The notes beneath the pieces were generated by a model. That model ran no database searches and was not told the origin of the DNA. It saw nothing but the letters and a program-made list of their open reading frames with translations. 64,000 nt of DNA from Nemertoderma westbladi. Lineage: Eukaryota > Animalia > Xenacoelomorpha. Both the position numbers and the translations under genes were made by a program. The number at the start of each line of letters is the position of its first letter. Position 1 is the stretch's first letter. The DNA is taken from positions 4,997 to 68,996 of the forward strand of contig JAUCBJ010000116.1 of the NCBI GenBank assembly GCA_032718475.1, given 5' to 3'. Below, piece by piece: positions 43,973 through 57,827 of the stretch.

Positions 43973-46900
43973 TCTTATCTAATCTAATATTTATAAATCT
44001 CGATTGTCTGTCTGTCTGTCTGTCTGTGTGTTTGTCATCGGCTATACAATCGAACCCATCTCGATGAAATCTCGCTTGCTATATCTCGTTAGAAAGATCT
44101 CGCCCTAACTCGTTGCAACGTAATACTCAGAGCCGTCTGAAGTTCGCCCGTCTGCCGCTAGAGGGCGATTTTCGTGATTTTCGGGCGAAATTTATCGAAT
44201 TATTTCGGTTCTTCTATCGGTAATTAATTATTTAGAGGGCTAACATTTATCCCACCTGGTATAAAATTAACATGGGTAGATTCGCCGTGTCCCATTCTCA
44301 CAAAGTTTTTATTTTATTCGAGTGTTTAATATAAATATGTATGATTATTTATTGATTAAAAATCAAATAGTGTATAAATATGTCATATTCGCCAAGCACG
44401 ATCGAATTGGCCTATTGTTATTGAATAGGGAAGGATTGTTTTCTGTTACATAGCAACATTAAGGTAATTATTGAACTCGCAGCTAGCTGGCTGGGCACAG
44501 ATAAGGAGCAAGCAGGCTGGAGTGTTGATTGGGGTGGGTTTGGGTTGTCTGTTCCGAATTGCTCAAGAGTAATTCTGCTTTCTCAATCATTGGCTGCATG
44601 GAAGGAGAGGTTTATAACATTTTTTTTTATTGTTATGAATATTAAAAGTAAAATAATTATTTCTGTAGGCCTATACTTACTGTATTATTATTTTATCTAA
44701 TATTATACATCTAATCTCGATGAAATCTCGCTTACTATAGCTCGTTAGATAGGTCTCGCCCTAACTCGTTGCAACGTAATACTCAGAGCCGTCTGAAGTT
44801 CCCCCGTCTGCCGCTAGAGGGCGAATTATCCTATAGTGAAAACCTGATCTTATTGGGTTGTTTTTAATGCTTTTGAGCGGAAACTTGGTAGCTATATACT
44901 GCAGCATAGGCTGTATATTTCCAGAGTCACTGGGTTGTCTACAGTTCCCCAGTCTACCGTTAGAGGGCTAAATGTCTGAGAGTTAACATCTTCTCCAACG
45001 TTATTATTTACAATCCGTTTTGACTGAAACTTGGTAGGCATCTACTACAGCATAGGCTGAATCTTTACTGAGTCGCAGAGTCGTCTACAATTTCCCAGTC
45101 TGCCGCTAGAGGGCGAAATGTCTGCAAGTTAACATCTTCTCCAACTTTGTTATTTATAATCCATTTAGACTGAACTTGGTAGGCATCTACTACAGCATAG
45201 GCTATATCTTTACTGAGTCGCGCAGAGTTGTCTACAGTACCCGCGTCTGCCGCCAGAGGGCGAAATGTATGAAAGTTAACATCTTCTCCAACTTTGTTAT
45301 TTACAATCCTTTTAGACTGAAACTTGGTAGGCATCTACTATAGCATAGGCTATATCTTTGCGGAGTAGTAGAGTCGTCTACAGTTCCACAGTCAGCCGCA
45401 AGAGGGCGAATTGTCTGATAGTGAAAACCTCATCCCATTTGGTTCTTTTTAATCCTTTTGAGCTGAAATTTGGCAGGTATCTACTACATCCTAGGCTCTA
45501 TCTTTACGGAGTTGCAGAGTCCTATACACTTCCACAGTCTACCGCTAGAGGGTGAAATGTCTGAAAGTTAACATCTTCTCCAACTTTGTTATTTACAAAC
45601 GGTTTAGACTGAAACTTGGTAGGCATCTACTACAGCATAGGCTCTACCTTTACGGAGTCGCAGAGTTGTATACAGTTCCCCTATCTGCCGCTAGAGGGCG
45701 AATTGTCTGATAGTGAACACCTCATCCCAATTGGTTCTTTTTAATCCCTTTGAGCTGAAACTTGGCAGGAATCTACTACAGCATATTCTGTATCTTTACG
45801 GAGTCCCAGAGTCGTCTACAGTTCTTCAGTCTACCGCTAGAAGTCTGAATGTGAACATCTACACCAATTTTGTTATTTACAATCTGTTTAAGCTGAAACT
45901 TGAAAGGCAGGCATTTTACTTCACCATAAACCCCATCTTTACCAAACTGCAGCGCCGTCTACATTTCACCAGTCCGCAGGTAGAGGGTGGATCTGAAAGT
46001 TATCATTTTCTGGAAATTTTGTTATTTACAATCTTACTAAAGTTGAAACTTGACAGTTATCTCTTATGGGGGTGGTGTTTTATTTAATGATGGTGTCTGT
46101 TCCATATGCAGTTCTCCAATCTCCCACACATATTCATATATCATCTGCACGTGCACTAGAAAGCTGTGGCCCGAAGGGCCACAGGCTTTCTAGTCTAATA
46201 TATATAAATCTCGATTGTCTGTCTGTCTGTCTGTCTGTCTGTGTGTTTGTCATCGGCTATACAATCGAACCCATCTCGATGAAATCTCGCTTGCTATATC
46301 TCGTTAGAAAGGTCTCGCCCTAACTCGTTGCAACGTAATACTCAGAGCCGTCTGAAGTTCGCCCGTCTGCCGCTAGAGGGCGATTTTCGTGATTTTCGGG
46401 CGAAATTTATCGAATTATTTCGGTTCTTCTATCGGTAATTAATGATTTAGAGGGCTAACATTTATCCCACCTGGTATAAAATTAACATGGGTAGATTCGC
46501 CGTGTCCCATTCTCACAAAGTTTTTATTTTATTCGAGTGTTTAATATAAATATGTATGATTATTTATTGATTAAAAATCAAATAGTGTATAAATATGTCA
46601 TATTCGCCAAGCACGATCGAATTGGCCTATTGTTATTGAATAGGGAAGGATTGTTTTCTGTATCATAGCAACGTTAAGGTAATTATTGAACTCGCAGCTA
46701 GCTGGCTGGGCACAGATAAGGAGCAAGCAGGCTGGAGTGTTGATTGGGGTGGGTTTGGGTTGTCTGTTGCGAATTGCTCAAGAGTAATTCTGCTTTCTCA
46801 ATCATTGGCTGCATGGAAGGAGAGGTTTATAACATTTTTGTTTTAATGTTATGAATATTAAAAGTAAAATAATTATTTCTGTAGGCCTATACTTACTGTA

Positions 46901-48651
46901 TTATTATTTTATCTAATATTATACATCTAATCTCGATGAAAACTCGCTTACTATAGCTCGTTAGATAGGTCTCGCCCTAACTCGTTGCAACGTAATACTC
47001 AGAGCCGTCTGAAGTTCCCCCGCCTGCCGCTAAAGGGCGAATTATCTGATAGTGAAAACCTGATCTTATTGGGTTGTTTTTAATGCTTTTGAGCTGAAAC
47101 TTGGTAGCTATATACTGCAGCATAGGCTGTATATTTCCGGAGTCACTGGGTTGTCTACAGTTCCCCAGTCTACCGTTAGAGGGCTAAATGTCTGAGAGTT
47201 AACATCTTCTCCAACTTTATTATTTACAATCCGTTTTGACTGAAACTTGGTAGGCATCTACTACAGCATAGGCTGAATCTTTACTGAGTCGCAGAGTCGT
47301 CTACAATTTCCCAGTCTACCGCTAGAGGGCGAAATGTCTGCAAGTTAACATCTTCTTCAACTTTGTTATTCATAATCCATTTAGACTGAACTTGGTAGGC
47401 ATCTACTACAGCATAGGCTATATCTTTACTGAGTCGCGCAGAGTTGTCTACAGTACCCGCGTCTGCCGCTAGAGGGCGAAATGTATGAAAGTTAACATCT
47501 TCTCCAACTTTGTTATTTACAATCCTTTTAGACTGAAACTTGGTAGGCATCTACTATAGCATAGGCTATATCTTTGCGGAGTAGTAGAGTCGTCTACAGT
47601 TCCACAGTCAGCCGCAAGAGGGCGAATTGTCTGATAGTGAAAACCTCATCCCAATTGGTTCTTTTTAATCCTTTTGAGCTGAAACTTGGCAGGTATCTAC
47701 TACATCCTAGGCTCTATCTTTACGGAGTTGTAGAGTCCTATACACTTCCCCAGTCTACCGCTAGAGGGTGAAATGTCTGAAAGTTAACATCTTCTCCAAC
47801 TTTGTTATTTACAAACGGTTTAGACTGAAACTTGGTAGGCATCTACTACAGCATAGGCTCTACCTTTACGGAGTCGCAGAGTTGTATACAGTTCCCCTAT
47901 CTGCCGCTAGAGGGCGAATTGTCTGATAGTGAACACCTCATCCCAATTGGTTCTTTTTAATCCCTTTGAGCTGAAACTTGGCAGGAATCTACTACAGCAT
48001 ATTCTGTATCTTTACGGAGTCCCAGAGTCGTCTACAGTTCTTCAGTCTACCGCTAGAAGTCTGAATGTGAACATCTACACCAATTTTGTTATTTACAATC
48101 TGTTTAAGCTGAAACTTGAAAGGCAGGCATTTTACTTCACCATAAACCCCATCTTTACCAAACTGCAGCGCCGTCTACATTTCACCAGTCCGCAGGTAGA
48201 GGGTGGATCTGAAAGTGATCATTTTCTGGAAATTTTGTTATTTACAATCTGACTAAAGTTGAAACTTGACAGTTATCTCTTATGGGGGTGGTGTTTTATT
48301 TAATGATGGTGTCTGTTCCGTATGCAGTTCTCCAATCTCCCACACATATTCATATATCATCTGCACGTGCACTAGAAAGCTGTGGCCCGAAGGGCCACAG
48401 GCTTTCTAGTCTAATATATATAAATATCGATTGTCTGTCAGTCTGTGTGTTTGTCATTGGCTATACAATCGAACCCATCTCGATGAAATCTCGCTTGCCA
48501 TAGCTCGTTAGAAAGGTCTCGCCCTAACTCGTTGCAACGTAATACTCAGAGCCGTCTGAAGTTCGCCCGTCTGCCATTAGAGGGCAATTTTCGTGATTTT
48601 CGGGCGAAATTTATCGAATTATTTCGGTTCTTCACTGCACTAGCTTTCTAG
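43973..48651 (+). mobile_element. Tandem Helitron-like family B units: 43973-46193, 46194-48409 and a deleted copy 48410-48651
   Basis: 2.2-kb near-identical head-to-tail units, each with a TC...(GTCT)n head, ~108-bp internal repeats and a CTAGAAAGC..GGCCCGAAGGGCC..GCTTTCTAG end. Confidence 0.85.
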
Positions 48652-49609
48652 TAGTCTATATAAAAATCTTGCGTGTGTCTGTCTGTTCGCTTATACGTTT
48701 CGCCTCATCTCTACCATTTATCGCGATTGTGATAGATTCGGAACCGGCCTGACTTCGGACGTTGCAACGCGACATTTTTCTAGAAATTTACAGGCGTTAT
48801 TTTCGTTTTAACGCCGTTTTATCCCGCAAATCCGTGTTAGCTGCTACCCCTAAAATGTAAAACCATTATTCCAGCTGGTTTCCTGACAACTGCGGAACTG
48901 ACTGCAAGCAGTCAGCAGTGTGATACTGTGATACAGCTGTACCAGTGTACAGGTGCTGAGGTGTACCGTCATTTAATTCAGTAATTCTGTACGGCAACGG
49001 CAGTACAGCAGTACTGCTGTACAGCTGTACAAACTTGCGCTTAGCAAACAAACTTAGCTAAAAAGCTTATGCAAACTGAGATCTGTAGGCCAACTGAACT
49101 GTGTAATACCTATGCATGAACTGTACTGCTGTATGCTTTGCTTACGCTTTCGTCAGTCATATAGACGTACTGCTGTACTGCTAAGATAGGCCTTATCACA
49201 GTAACAGGTTCCCAGGTAGGCCTACCTGCTACCGGCTGACCAGTAATGCTAACCCATAGATCAGTAGATTGTTGGACCGTACTGCCATAAAGCAACACAT
49301 ATACTGATATAGGCATAGGCCCGATGCATTTCTGCATTTAGCTGGAGTATGGAGTCGTGGAGTTCCGTAGACAACTCTGTAACTCGCCTAACTGCTGAAC
49401 TGGTAAGCCTACCTGCCTACTGCGTAGCATACTGCCCTATACTGCTATAATACTGCAGTGACAGTGATGCAGTGAATTAATACAACTTAACTATATACTA
49501 TACAATACATACATCATTGTGAATTGTGATATTGCTATATACAACTGCATTTCGTCAATTGTATTATAATTGTTGAAACAACATCATCTGCTATTCATAA
49601 TAGGGAATA

Positions 49610-50626
49610 ATGTCCAGTCAGAACCAAGGTCGATCTAGCTTTAGTCAACGAGATTCTTGTGGTACGGCTCCCTCAACAAAACAGGGGATAAAATCCAAAA
49701 GTCCAAGATTAAAACCAAGACCTGTAGAATGGGAGACAGTGAAAGTTGAATGCACAATCTGTCTTCACACATGGACCGAGGTTGAGATTCGAAAGAAATC
49801 AGATATTATAAATGAGCCTTTCTCGTGTGGTTTCTGCTCTGCTGAACTCATCAACAAACTCCAGCAAGCACTTCAGATGCTCCAAGAATCCCACTCCAGT
49901 AAGTCTGATGTGCTCTACACGGAAATTCAGAATGCAGCAGATAGTGCATCTGCCGAAAGCAAAGATATATCCTCAGATGTGTCTTCCTTGCGGATTGAAT
50001 TAGAGTCTCGGATTGATGAAATCGCAGCCAAAACCTGCGAAGTCAAGGACAAATTAAATAATATTGAAACTGTTGGAGGCGGGCTTGGTTCCGGTTGCAG
50101 TGAAAATAACTCTTGGGCTGATATTGTCAAGAAAAATGCTGACCAAATCGGCAATCTAACAAAGAAACTTGAGGGTGCAGCGGCCACTACTACTAATACG
50201 CAATCCTTGGAGAGCATAGAGAAAATCATATCTGTAAATGAGCAACGCAAAAAGAATGTTATAATTCGTGGTGTACCAGGTGATACTCAAGCTACTCCTG
50301 AAGCCCAACGTCTTTCCGATAACCAGTTCTTACAATCAACCTTACATACTTCCCTTCCTCACCATGGGATATCCCGCCTGGGGAAGAAAAGAGATGATGG
50401 AAAGCCACATCCTCTACGACTAATATTTCAATCATCAGAAACTGCCTACAGAGTCCTGGAAATGAAATCATTCACAGTGGAATCTGATTCAGCTACTGTG
50501 CGATATTATTTTGACAAGGACCTTTCGAGGTTCGATCGTGAACGTGCCTACAAGGAAAGGCAGCGACGTAGACTACAGAATCGTCCATCCGCAACACTAT
50601 CCAACAATGTTGATAGGGTTGACTGA
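49610..50626 (+). CDS. CR1 ORF1p (Cys finger, coiled coil, RRM-like)
   Basis: CTIC...CGFC; SWADIVKK; RKKNVIIRGVP; RLGKK...PLRLIF. Confidence 0.88.
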   Translation: MSSQNQGRSSFSQRDSCGTAPSTKQGIKSKSPRLKPRPVEWETVKVECTICLHTWTEVEIRKKSDIINEPFSCGFCSAELINKLQQALQMLQESHSSKSDVLYTEIQNAADSASAESKDISSDVSSLRIELESRIDEIAAKTCEVKDKLNNIETVGGGLGSGCSENNSWADIVKKNADQIGNLTKKLEGAAATTTNTQSLESIEKIISVNEQRKKNVIIRGVPGDTQATPEAQRLSDNQFLQSTLHTSLPHHGISRLGKKRDDGKPHPLRLIFQSSETAYRVLEMKSFTVESDSATVRYYFDKDLSRFDRERAYKERQRRRLQNRPSATLSNNVDRVD

Positions 50627-50785
50627 CAATTAATATCTACTGCTAATGGTACACCTACACATCCCATACCCCACCCCCACCCCCATATATTTTCCCAACT
50701 GGCACGTCATAATTTCCCTACTACCCCTATATCATCAACCACAACTGCCAATACATACAATCCTATCACTAACCCAGCTCCATCC

Positions 50786-53713
50786 ATGATTTCAGGTGGG
50801 TCTGACATTACTATCCATACCCCAAGTGCCTCAGCTGCAGGCACAAAGCAGCTTAACATCCTTTATACTAATGCTGATTCCTTACATAACAAACTCAGTA
50901 ATTTGCAAACACGAATTGCAAGTTTCCAACCCGACATTATTGCAATTACAGAGGTTTTACCGAAAAACAAAATATTTGAATATAGTATAAAAGATTACAC
51001 CCTAGACGGTTATAACAGTGAACATCATAATCTGGACGACTCGTTTTGTCAACGTGGGATCATAATCTACACAAAGAATAACAATTGTGGAACATCTATG
51101 GACTTACGTACCATCAGATTGAGATACACTACATTTTCGGAGATTGTTTTGATACAATACATCTACCAATATCTAGGCAAAAAAGAGACAGTTATATTTG
51201 GATGTATTTATTGTAGTCCTAACTCCACCCCGGACAATAATAAAGAGCTAATCAGTTCCATTAATTTATTGTGTAAAGAAAATAATCCTACTCAAATAAT
51301 ATTAGTTGGTGACTTTAATATGTCTGAGACACAGTGGACAACTTTGCAAACATCAAATTCAGACGAATCTGAAATTCTTTGTTGCTTTCAGGACAACTAC
51401 TTGAGCCAACATGTCGACCAACCCACCCGCTTTCGCGAAGGAAACATTCCACGCATCTTAGACCTAGTCCTAACATCTGAACGTGACATGGTAGATAAAA
51501 TTTCCTACACACCCCCTCTTGGAGCTAGTGACCACGTTGTCCTCGAGATTAGCCTGACCACACTTTCAAGTCCAGCATCACCTGTAACTGAATATAAAGT
51601 ATTATCAAAGGCAAACTATAATGCAATGGCGACATATATACAGTCATTCAATTGGATAGAAGTCCTAACACCAATGGATACAACTGAGGCATGTGCATGT
51701 CTTTACAAAACTCTTGAGTATTGTATACATAATTATATACCTGTCAAAAAATGCCGTTCATACAACTACCCCAAATGGATGACCAGGGATGTACGCAAAC
51801 TCATTTCCCTGAAGAAATCAGCATGGCGAACCTTCCGGAGGACCAATACACCTTCTGCCTACAACAAATATAAACAAAGGAGAAATATTTGCAATGATGC
51901 TGTGAAAAAATCCAAACAAGATTACGAGCGCTCAGTAGCACTATCAGCCAGCAAAGACCCGAAACAGTTCTGGAAATTTGTGCGGTCGAAAACAAAGTCT
52001 CGCGGCACAATAGCCTCCTTGAAAGACAAGCAGGGAAATATAGCAACATCTAATGTTGACAAAGCAGAAGTTTTGAATCAACAATACTTTTCTACTTTTA
52101 CTACCGAGGACACACATTCTGTTCCTGATACATCAACCTCAATTCCAGAAGCAACAATTAACTGGGTAGAATTTACACCATCTGTGGTGGAACAAGCTGC
52201 ATCTCAGATAAACTCATCTGGTGCCCCTGGCCCTGATGGAATCTTCCCGATACTCATAGTGACACTCATCGCCGTACTGGCTCTACCCCTCTCTATTATC
52301 TTTCAGAAGTCGTTGGAAAGCGGCATTGTTCCCCAGCCTTGGAAGGAAGCAAATATTACGCCTATATTCAAGCGTGGAGTCCGCTACCTTCCTATAAACT
52401 ACCGGCCTGTTAGCTTGACCTCGATTCTCTGCAAGCTAATGGAAAGAATCATAGCCAATAACTTATACTCTTTCTGGAAAGAGTTCTCTCTGCTAACCAT
52501 GGCACAGTATGGATTTCAAAGAGGAAAGTCATGCACAATCCAACTCATTGACGTTGTGTTCCAGTGGGCAAAGGCCCTGGATGAAGGCAAATGCATAGAT
52601 GTTGTATACCTAGATTTCCTCAAGGCGTTTGACACTGTGCCACACCAGCGATTAATTAAAAAGATGGAGAATATGGGGATTTCTGGTTCCCTGCTTGTAT
52701 GGCTCAGGTCATTTATTACAGGTCGCTGGCAACGAGTCGTAGTTGGCGGGTCTCACTCCAAATGGGTTCCCGTTCTTAGTGGAGTACCTCAAGGGAGTAT
52801 TTTGGGCGTTCTTTGCTATCTGGGATTTATTAACGATCTACCGGACGCTGTGACATGGATAATACACCTCTTCGCAGACGACACTAAGGACAGTGCCATA
52901 TTTACCCCATCCCCATATCTAACATGCGGGCCCCTCCAAAACGATCTTGACAACCTTTACAGATGGAGTGTCGTGTGGCAGCAGCTATTTAATAATGACA
53001 AATGCAAAATTATGCACATAGGAAGGACAAACCCAAAGTTTGCTTACACCCTGGGAGATATTACCAACCAGCATCACCTTGCGGAAACTACAACAGAAAA
53101 AGATCTTGGTGTTTACTTCCAGAATAATCTACATTTCAGCATCCACATCGCCAACATTGTTAAGAAAGCAAACAGCCATCTTGGTCTTATATACCGCAGC
53201 TTTAATCATATAGATGGCGATATATTTCTTGGGTTATACAAGAGTATGGTTCGTCCCATTCTTGAATATTCATCTGTGGTTTGGTCTCCAAAAAAAATTG
53301 GCGAATCGAAACTAATCGAAGGAGTACAACGCCGCGCGACGCGGCTTGTCTCAGGTCTCCGTGATCTCGATTATCCTTCACGCCTTCGTAAGTTGGGTCT
53401 GCCAACGTTGGAATACCGGCGCCACCGCGCCGATATGATCCAAGTCTATAAACTGCTGACCGGTCTCGATAACGCAGACTACCGCACTTACTTCACATTG
53501 GATCCTTCCAGTCGTCGCGGACACTCTCTGAAGTTATTCAAACCTCGGGCGCGTTTGGTATTATGTAATGACACCTTTAGCTATCGAGTAATCGACGATT
53601 GGAACAGTCTTACCGAATCTGTTGTTTCATCGCCGACTCTAAACACATTCAAGTCAAGGCTAAACGAACACTATAAGAATTTGCCATTGAAATTTTCCCC
53701 ATCCTGGTGGTAG
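50786..53713 (+). CDS. CR1 ORF2p (APE endonuclease and reverse transcriptase)
   Basis: YTNADSL, IAITE, GDFN, LDLVLT, SDH; NYRPVSLTS, YLDFLKAFDTVPH, GVPQGSILG, FADD, RGHSLKL. Confidence 0.96.
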   Translation: MISGGSDITIHTPSASAAGTKQLNILYTNADSLHNKLSNLQTRIASFQPDIIAITEVLPKNKIFEYSIKDYTLDGYNSEHHNLDDSFCQRGIIIYTKNNNCGTSMDLRTIRLRYTTFSEIVLIQYIYQYLGKKETVIFGCIYCSPNSTPDNNKELISSINLLCKENNPTQIILVGDFNMSETQWTTLQTSNSDESEILCCFQDNYLSQHVDQPTRFREGNIPRILDLVLTSERDMVDKISYTPPLGASDHVVLEISLTTLSSPASPVTEYKVLSKANYNAMATYIQSFNWIEVLTPMDTTEACACLYKTLEYCIHNYIPVKKCRSYNYPKWMTRDVRKLISLKKSAWRTFRRTNTPSAYNKYKQRRNICNDAVKKSKQDYERSVALSASKDPKQFWKFVRSKTKSRGTIASLKDKQGNIATSNVDKAEVLNQQYFSTFTTEDTHSVPDTSTSIPEATINWVEFTPSVVEQAASQINSSGAPGPDGIFPILIVTLIAVLALPLSIIFQKSLESGIVPQPWKEANITPIFKRGVRYLPINYRPVSLTSILCKLMERIIANNLYSFWKEFSLLTMAQYGFQRGKSCTIQLIDVVFQWAKALDEGKCIDVVYLDFLKAFDTVPHQRLIKKMENMGISGSLLVWLRSFITGRWQRVVVGGSHSKWVPVLSGVPQGSILGVLCYLGFINDLPDAVTWIIHLFADDTKDSAIFTPSPYLTCGPLQNDLDNLYRWSVVWQQLFNNDKCKIMHIGRTNPKFAYTLGDITNQHHLAETTTEKDLGVYFQNNLHFSIHIANIVKKANSHLGLIYRSFNHIDGDIFLGLYKSMVRPILEYSSVVWSPKKIGESKLIEGVQRRATRLVSGLRDLDYPSRLRKLGLPTLEYRRHRADMIQVYKLLTGLDNADYRTYFTLDPSSRRGHSLKLFKPRARLVLCNDTFSYRVIDDWNSLTESVVSSPTLNTFKSRLNEHYKNLPLKFSPSWW

Positions 53714-56700
53714 TACCGTATAATAATTAATTAATTTAATTAACCATCGCCATCCAAATATCAACATTTATTTTATTTAAGATTTAATTTGTATGAAATG
53801 TAATTACGTGAATATTAACAATTTTTGAGTGGAGAGAATTATTTTTATCGTTTCTTAATCCTTTTAGGCTATCTATCTTTTTATATCACTTATCATTTTG
53901 TCACTTGTGAAACACAACTAATTTTTACCATGGTTCAAGTTCATGCTATTCTAAAAAATCGAAAGTGTACGTGTCATTACAAATTGGACAATGCTATTGT
54001 CAATGCATTTATTTTATTATACAAACAGTACCGCAGGTGAATATAATCACTGTACATGTACATACATACAGTGATTATGACTATTTTATTTATTTACTCA
54101 TTTAACAGTGTGTATATATATATATAAATATCTTTTGTAATATGTTTGCCAATCTTAATTATTTTAATGCTTCCTTTTACTCGTTAGTCGTTACACTGTC
54201 TAGCGTCACTCTACCTTATTTTATTTTGAGCTGTTGACGCAACTTTTTTTATAAATGATTTTATTCAGCCCGTGTTTTACACTACACTACGATTTACATG
54301 TGTCATGCATACTGTGTACTATTGCCCTATTTATATTCAATCCGGACAGACGTATTTCCATAGTAACTAACTGTATTGCATGCTTTAAATGTGCCAGTAT
54401 AATATATTTTACTTGCCTCTTTTCTTACTTACTCTACGTAAAACAAAATACCGGTATATTGTCTCAAACTAATTTAACAGTACTTTATTATTGTGATATA
54501 TTTGTGAATTATGGGTGCTAAAAGTATATACACTTTCCGTATCACCCTTTTAACTATTAAACTATTAAACTATAATAGGCCTAACCAACAACGGATCAAT
54601 TTCTGGCAGGCATAACACCGAATGACCGAAACTTATCAACAGCGGCTAAACGGGATTTATGTGAAACCATCGATCGCGAACCTGCCGGTGACCAGAGTTC
54701 TGGAATTGGCGGTTTTTATCCCGCCTTTCATCATCTCTACCATTTATCGCGATTGTGATAGATTCGGAACCGGCCTGACTGCGGATGTTGCAACGCGACA
54801 TTTTCTAGAAATTTACAGGCGTTATTTTCGTTTTAACGCCGTTTTATCCCGCAAATCCGTGTTAGCTGCTACCCCTAAAATGTAAAACCATTATTCCAGC
54901 TGGTTTCCTGACAACTGCGGAACTGACTGCAAGCAGTCAGCAGTGTGATACTGTGATACAGCTGTACCAGTGTACAGGTGCTGAGGTGTACCGTCATTTA
55001 ATTCAGTAATTCTGTACGGCAACGGCAGTACAGCAGTACTGCTGTACAAACTTGCGCTTAGCAAACAAACTTAGCTAAAAAGCTTATGCAAACTGAGATC
55101 TGTAGGCCAACTGAACTGTGTAATACCTATGCATGAACTGTACTGCTGTATGCTTTGCTTACGCTTTCGTCAGTCATATAGACCAATAGACGTACTGCTG
55201 TACTGCTAAGATAGGCCTTATCACAGTATCAGGTTCCCAGGTAGGCCTACCTGCTACCGGCTGACTAGTAATGCTAACCCATAGATCAGTAGATTGTTGG
55301 ACCGTACTGCCATAAAGCAACACATATACTGATATAGGCATAGGCCCGATGCATTTCTGCATTTAGCTGGAGTATGGAGTCGTGGAGTTCCGTAGACAAC
55401 TCTGTAACTCGCCTAACTGCTGAACTGGTAAGCCTACCTGCCTACTGCGTAGCATACTGCCCTATACTGCTATAATAGGCCTAACCAACAACGGATCAAT
55501 TTCTGGCAGGCATAACACCGAATGACCGAAACTTATCAACAGCGGCTAAACGGGATTTATGTGAAACCATCGATCGCGAACCTGCCGGTGACCAGAGTTC
55601 TGGAATTGGCGGTTTTTATCCCGCCTTTCATTCATTAACTAGGATTATACCGGTAGGGTATATCAGTAGGACCTATATGGTTAAAGTAAAACCTGAAACA
55701 CGAAGCGCAAACTCGGAACTATGGGTTACTTTTTGTTACAATGCTGCAATGAGAAGGGACAGAGTCGTAGTCGTACCAACGGGCAACTGCCAATATTGTT
55801 ACTCGGTTCTTTGGTATGACGAAATTGAAGGATCACGATGTCTGGCAGTGGCAGGATGTGTCGTGTTGCACTAATGGGAAGTCGTTAACACGGCGTGATA
55901 CGTAGGCGTGATACACTTTACTAAGTTGAGCGGTAAGTTGTTTTATTCAATATGGAACCATTGAGCCTATTTCAGTATTTATAATATCACATTTTTTATA
56001 TTATATTATATTATTTATTATGAATGTTTATTACATTACATATGTTATATATATTACATAATTACAGTGAATACCATACTGTACATTGGTTTGTTGCCTT
56101 TACCTTTTCCTTACACTTCATATGTTATATTTTAATGCTATCTTTAGTGCTTGTTTTTAACTGATTTAATGTCAAATAAAAAATTCCAATTCCAATTCCA
56201 TTCTACGAACTCGACGATATGCTATAAATCATTTACAGTATTGGTGAATGGTAGAGGATTTATTGTCACGAATAAAATGCTTAAACATGTACCGGTATGT
56301 CAGTATGTGTGATTTAATATCATTTTAAATGATACCGGTTCTTATATTAATAAGTCACTGTTTAATGTGATAGCGTTTTATGGACCCATGCGAGGCATAC
56401 CATACATTCTGCTGTTATATTTCACTTTGCAGTTTACCCCGATATGAATAATACCAGGTTTCCAGTAAGGTTACAGAAGGGCTGAATCTAACAAAAACAA
56501 TATACAAATTAGTATCCGTTAAGCCCAGGTTATAAATAGAAATAAGCGCATTTAGCACCTGAATATTATATAGTAGATTTAAGTACAAAGGAAATGATAA
56601 ATAATTATTTATTTTTTTTTTTAATAATTTTATTTATTTGTATTACGTATTTCTTTGGAGCCTTTAAAAGCATGTTAGGGTTTTTGAATCATGGAAACAA

Positions 56701-57827
56701 AGTAATATTTTTAGTACAAGATATTATTTATATAAAGATATTATTTATATAGTTAATGTATTATTATTATTCGTATGGTTTTGTGAGGAGCGACGGTTCA
56801 ATTTCACCCTGCTACTGGCAACGATGCCATTTGGTGATATTTGGTTAAATGACAGTAAAATTCGTATTTTTGTGTAAATTGTATGTTTCTTGTGAAGATT
56901 TTAATAATTTAGTGAATTAAGTTGAATTAAGTTTTTTAATACTTTTTAATGTTTATTACGGTAATAGTTAAAATTTTATTTAACTATTTATTTATATTTA
57001 ACAGGTGAACAATAGCCGCTACACTAATAATTAAATGGAAGTTGGATGTGCGAATGGAACCGCATTGTCAACGACTCCACAATATGTTCCACGCAGCTCT
57101 TGGATCGAATCTCGCCCAGCGTAGAAACCTTAATTGCGTCGCCGCGAGCGGAGTGGGTGGTGGTGGTGAATAAATTCGTTGCATAAATTAAATAAACATA
57201 CATATTATATGAATATTATTACCGGTATGTATACACTTGTAGCAGCTAAAGTGATAAGGGTGAACAACTGATAACCAACTGTCACAGCCCTTGAAAATTA
57301 TATAATATAAGTGACAACTCAGACTTTAACTCTCGTCATATTACTTGTTTAATTAGTTAATAGCTTTTATTGAATGCATTTGTTTAGAATAAGTTGGTTA
57401 TTGTGTTTGTCAATTAAATTTGCTTCATAATAATTATAATAATAATGTTAATTTTATGGTGAAGCCACATAAATAAATAAATAATCACAATGCAAAGCAA
57501 AGCAGGTTGCTCTAATGGCTTTTATTCAACTGATAACAGAGATCTGCTACACGATAGGCTGCGTGTTTAGGGGGACGCTGACAAGTCTGCAGTTCTCCAG
57601 TCTGCCGCTAATGGCCAAAATGGTTGAAAGTGAAAACCCGCCTATTTTTTGTTTATAATTATTTTGAGGTGATACTTTGCAGGTATCTACTACAGCATTG
57701 GTTGCGTCTCGGAAAGAACACTGCAACTCATGTGACCTTTTTTAAGTTATTTAATTAAGCTGTTTGTTTGAAGTCTAAACATGCTTGTGTACTAGAAAGC
57801 CGTGGCCGAAGGCCACGGGCTTTCTAG

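Larger units (their letters stand above)
49453..54569 (+). mobile_element. Full-length CR1-clade LINE
   Basis: Two intact ORFs; 8-bp (AACTATTA)n tail; TSD CTATAATA at 49445-49452 and 54570-54577; empty site visible at ~55465. Confidence 0.92.
48655..57827 (+). mobile_element. Helitron-like family C element with an internal ~900-bp tandem duplication and a CR1 insertion
   Basis: Head matches 22359. 48705-49452 plus 54578-54730 is repeated at 54731-55631. Hairpin-CTAG end at 57791-57827. Confidence 0.7.

Noticed and set aside
55677-57180. Possible host exons inside the Helitron-like element
   Set aside because: Only isolated splice-like signals and short frames with stops; no recognisable protein.
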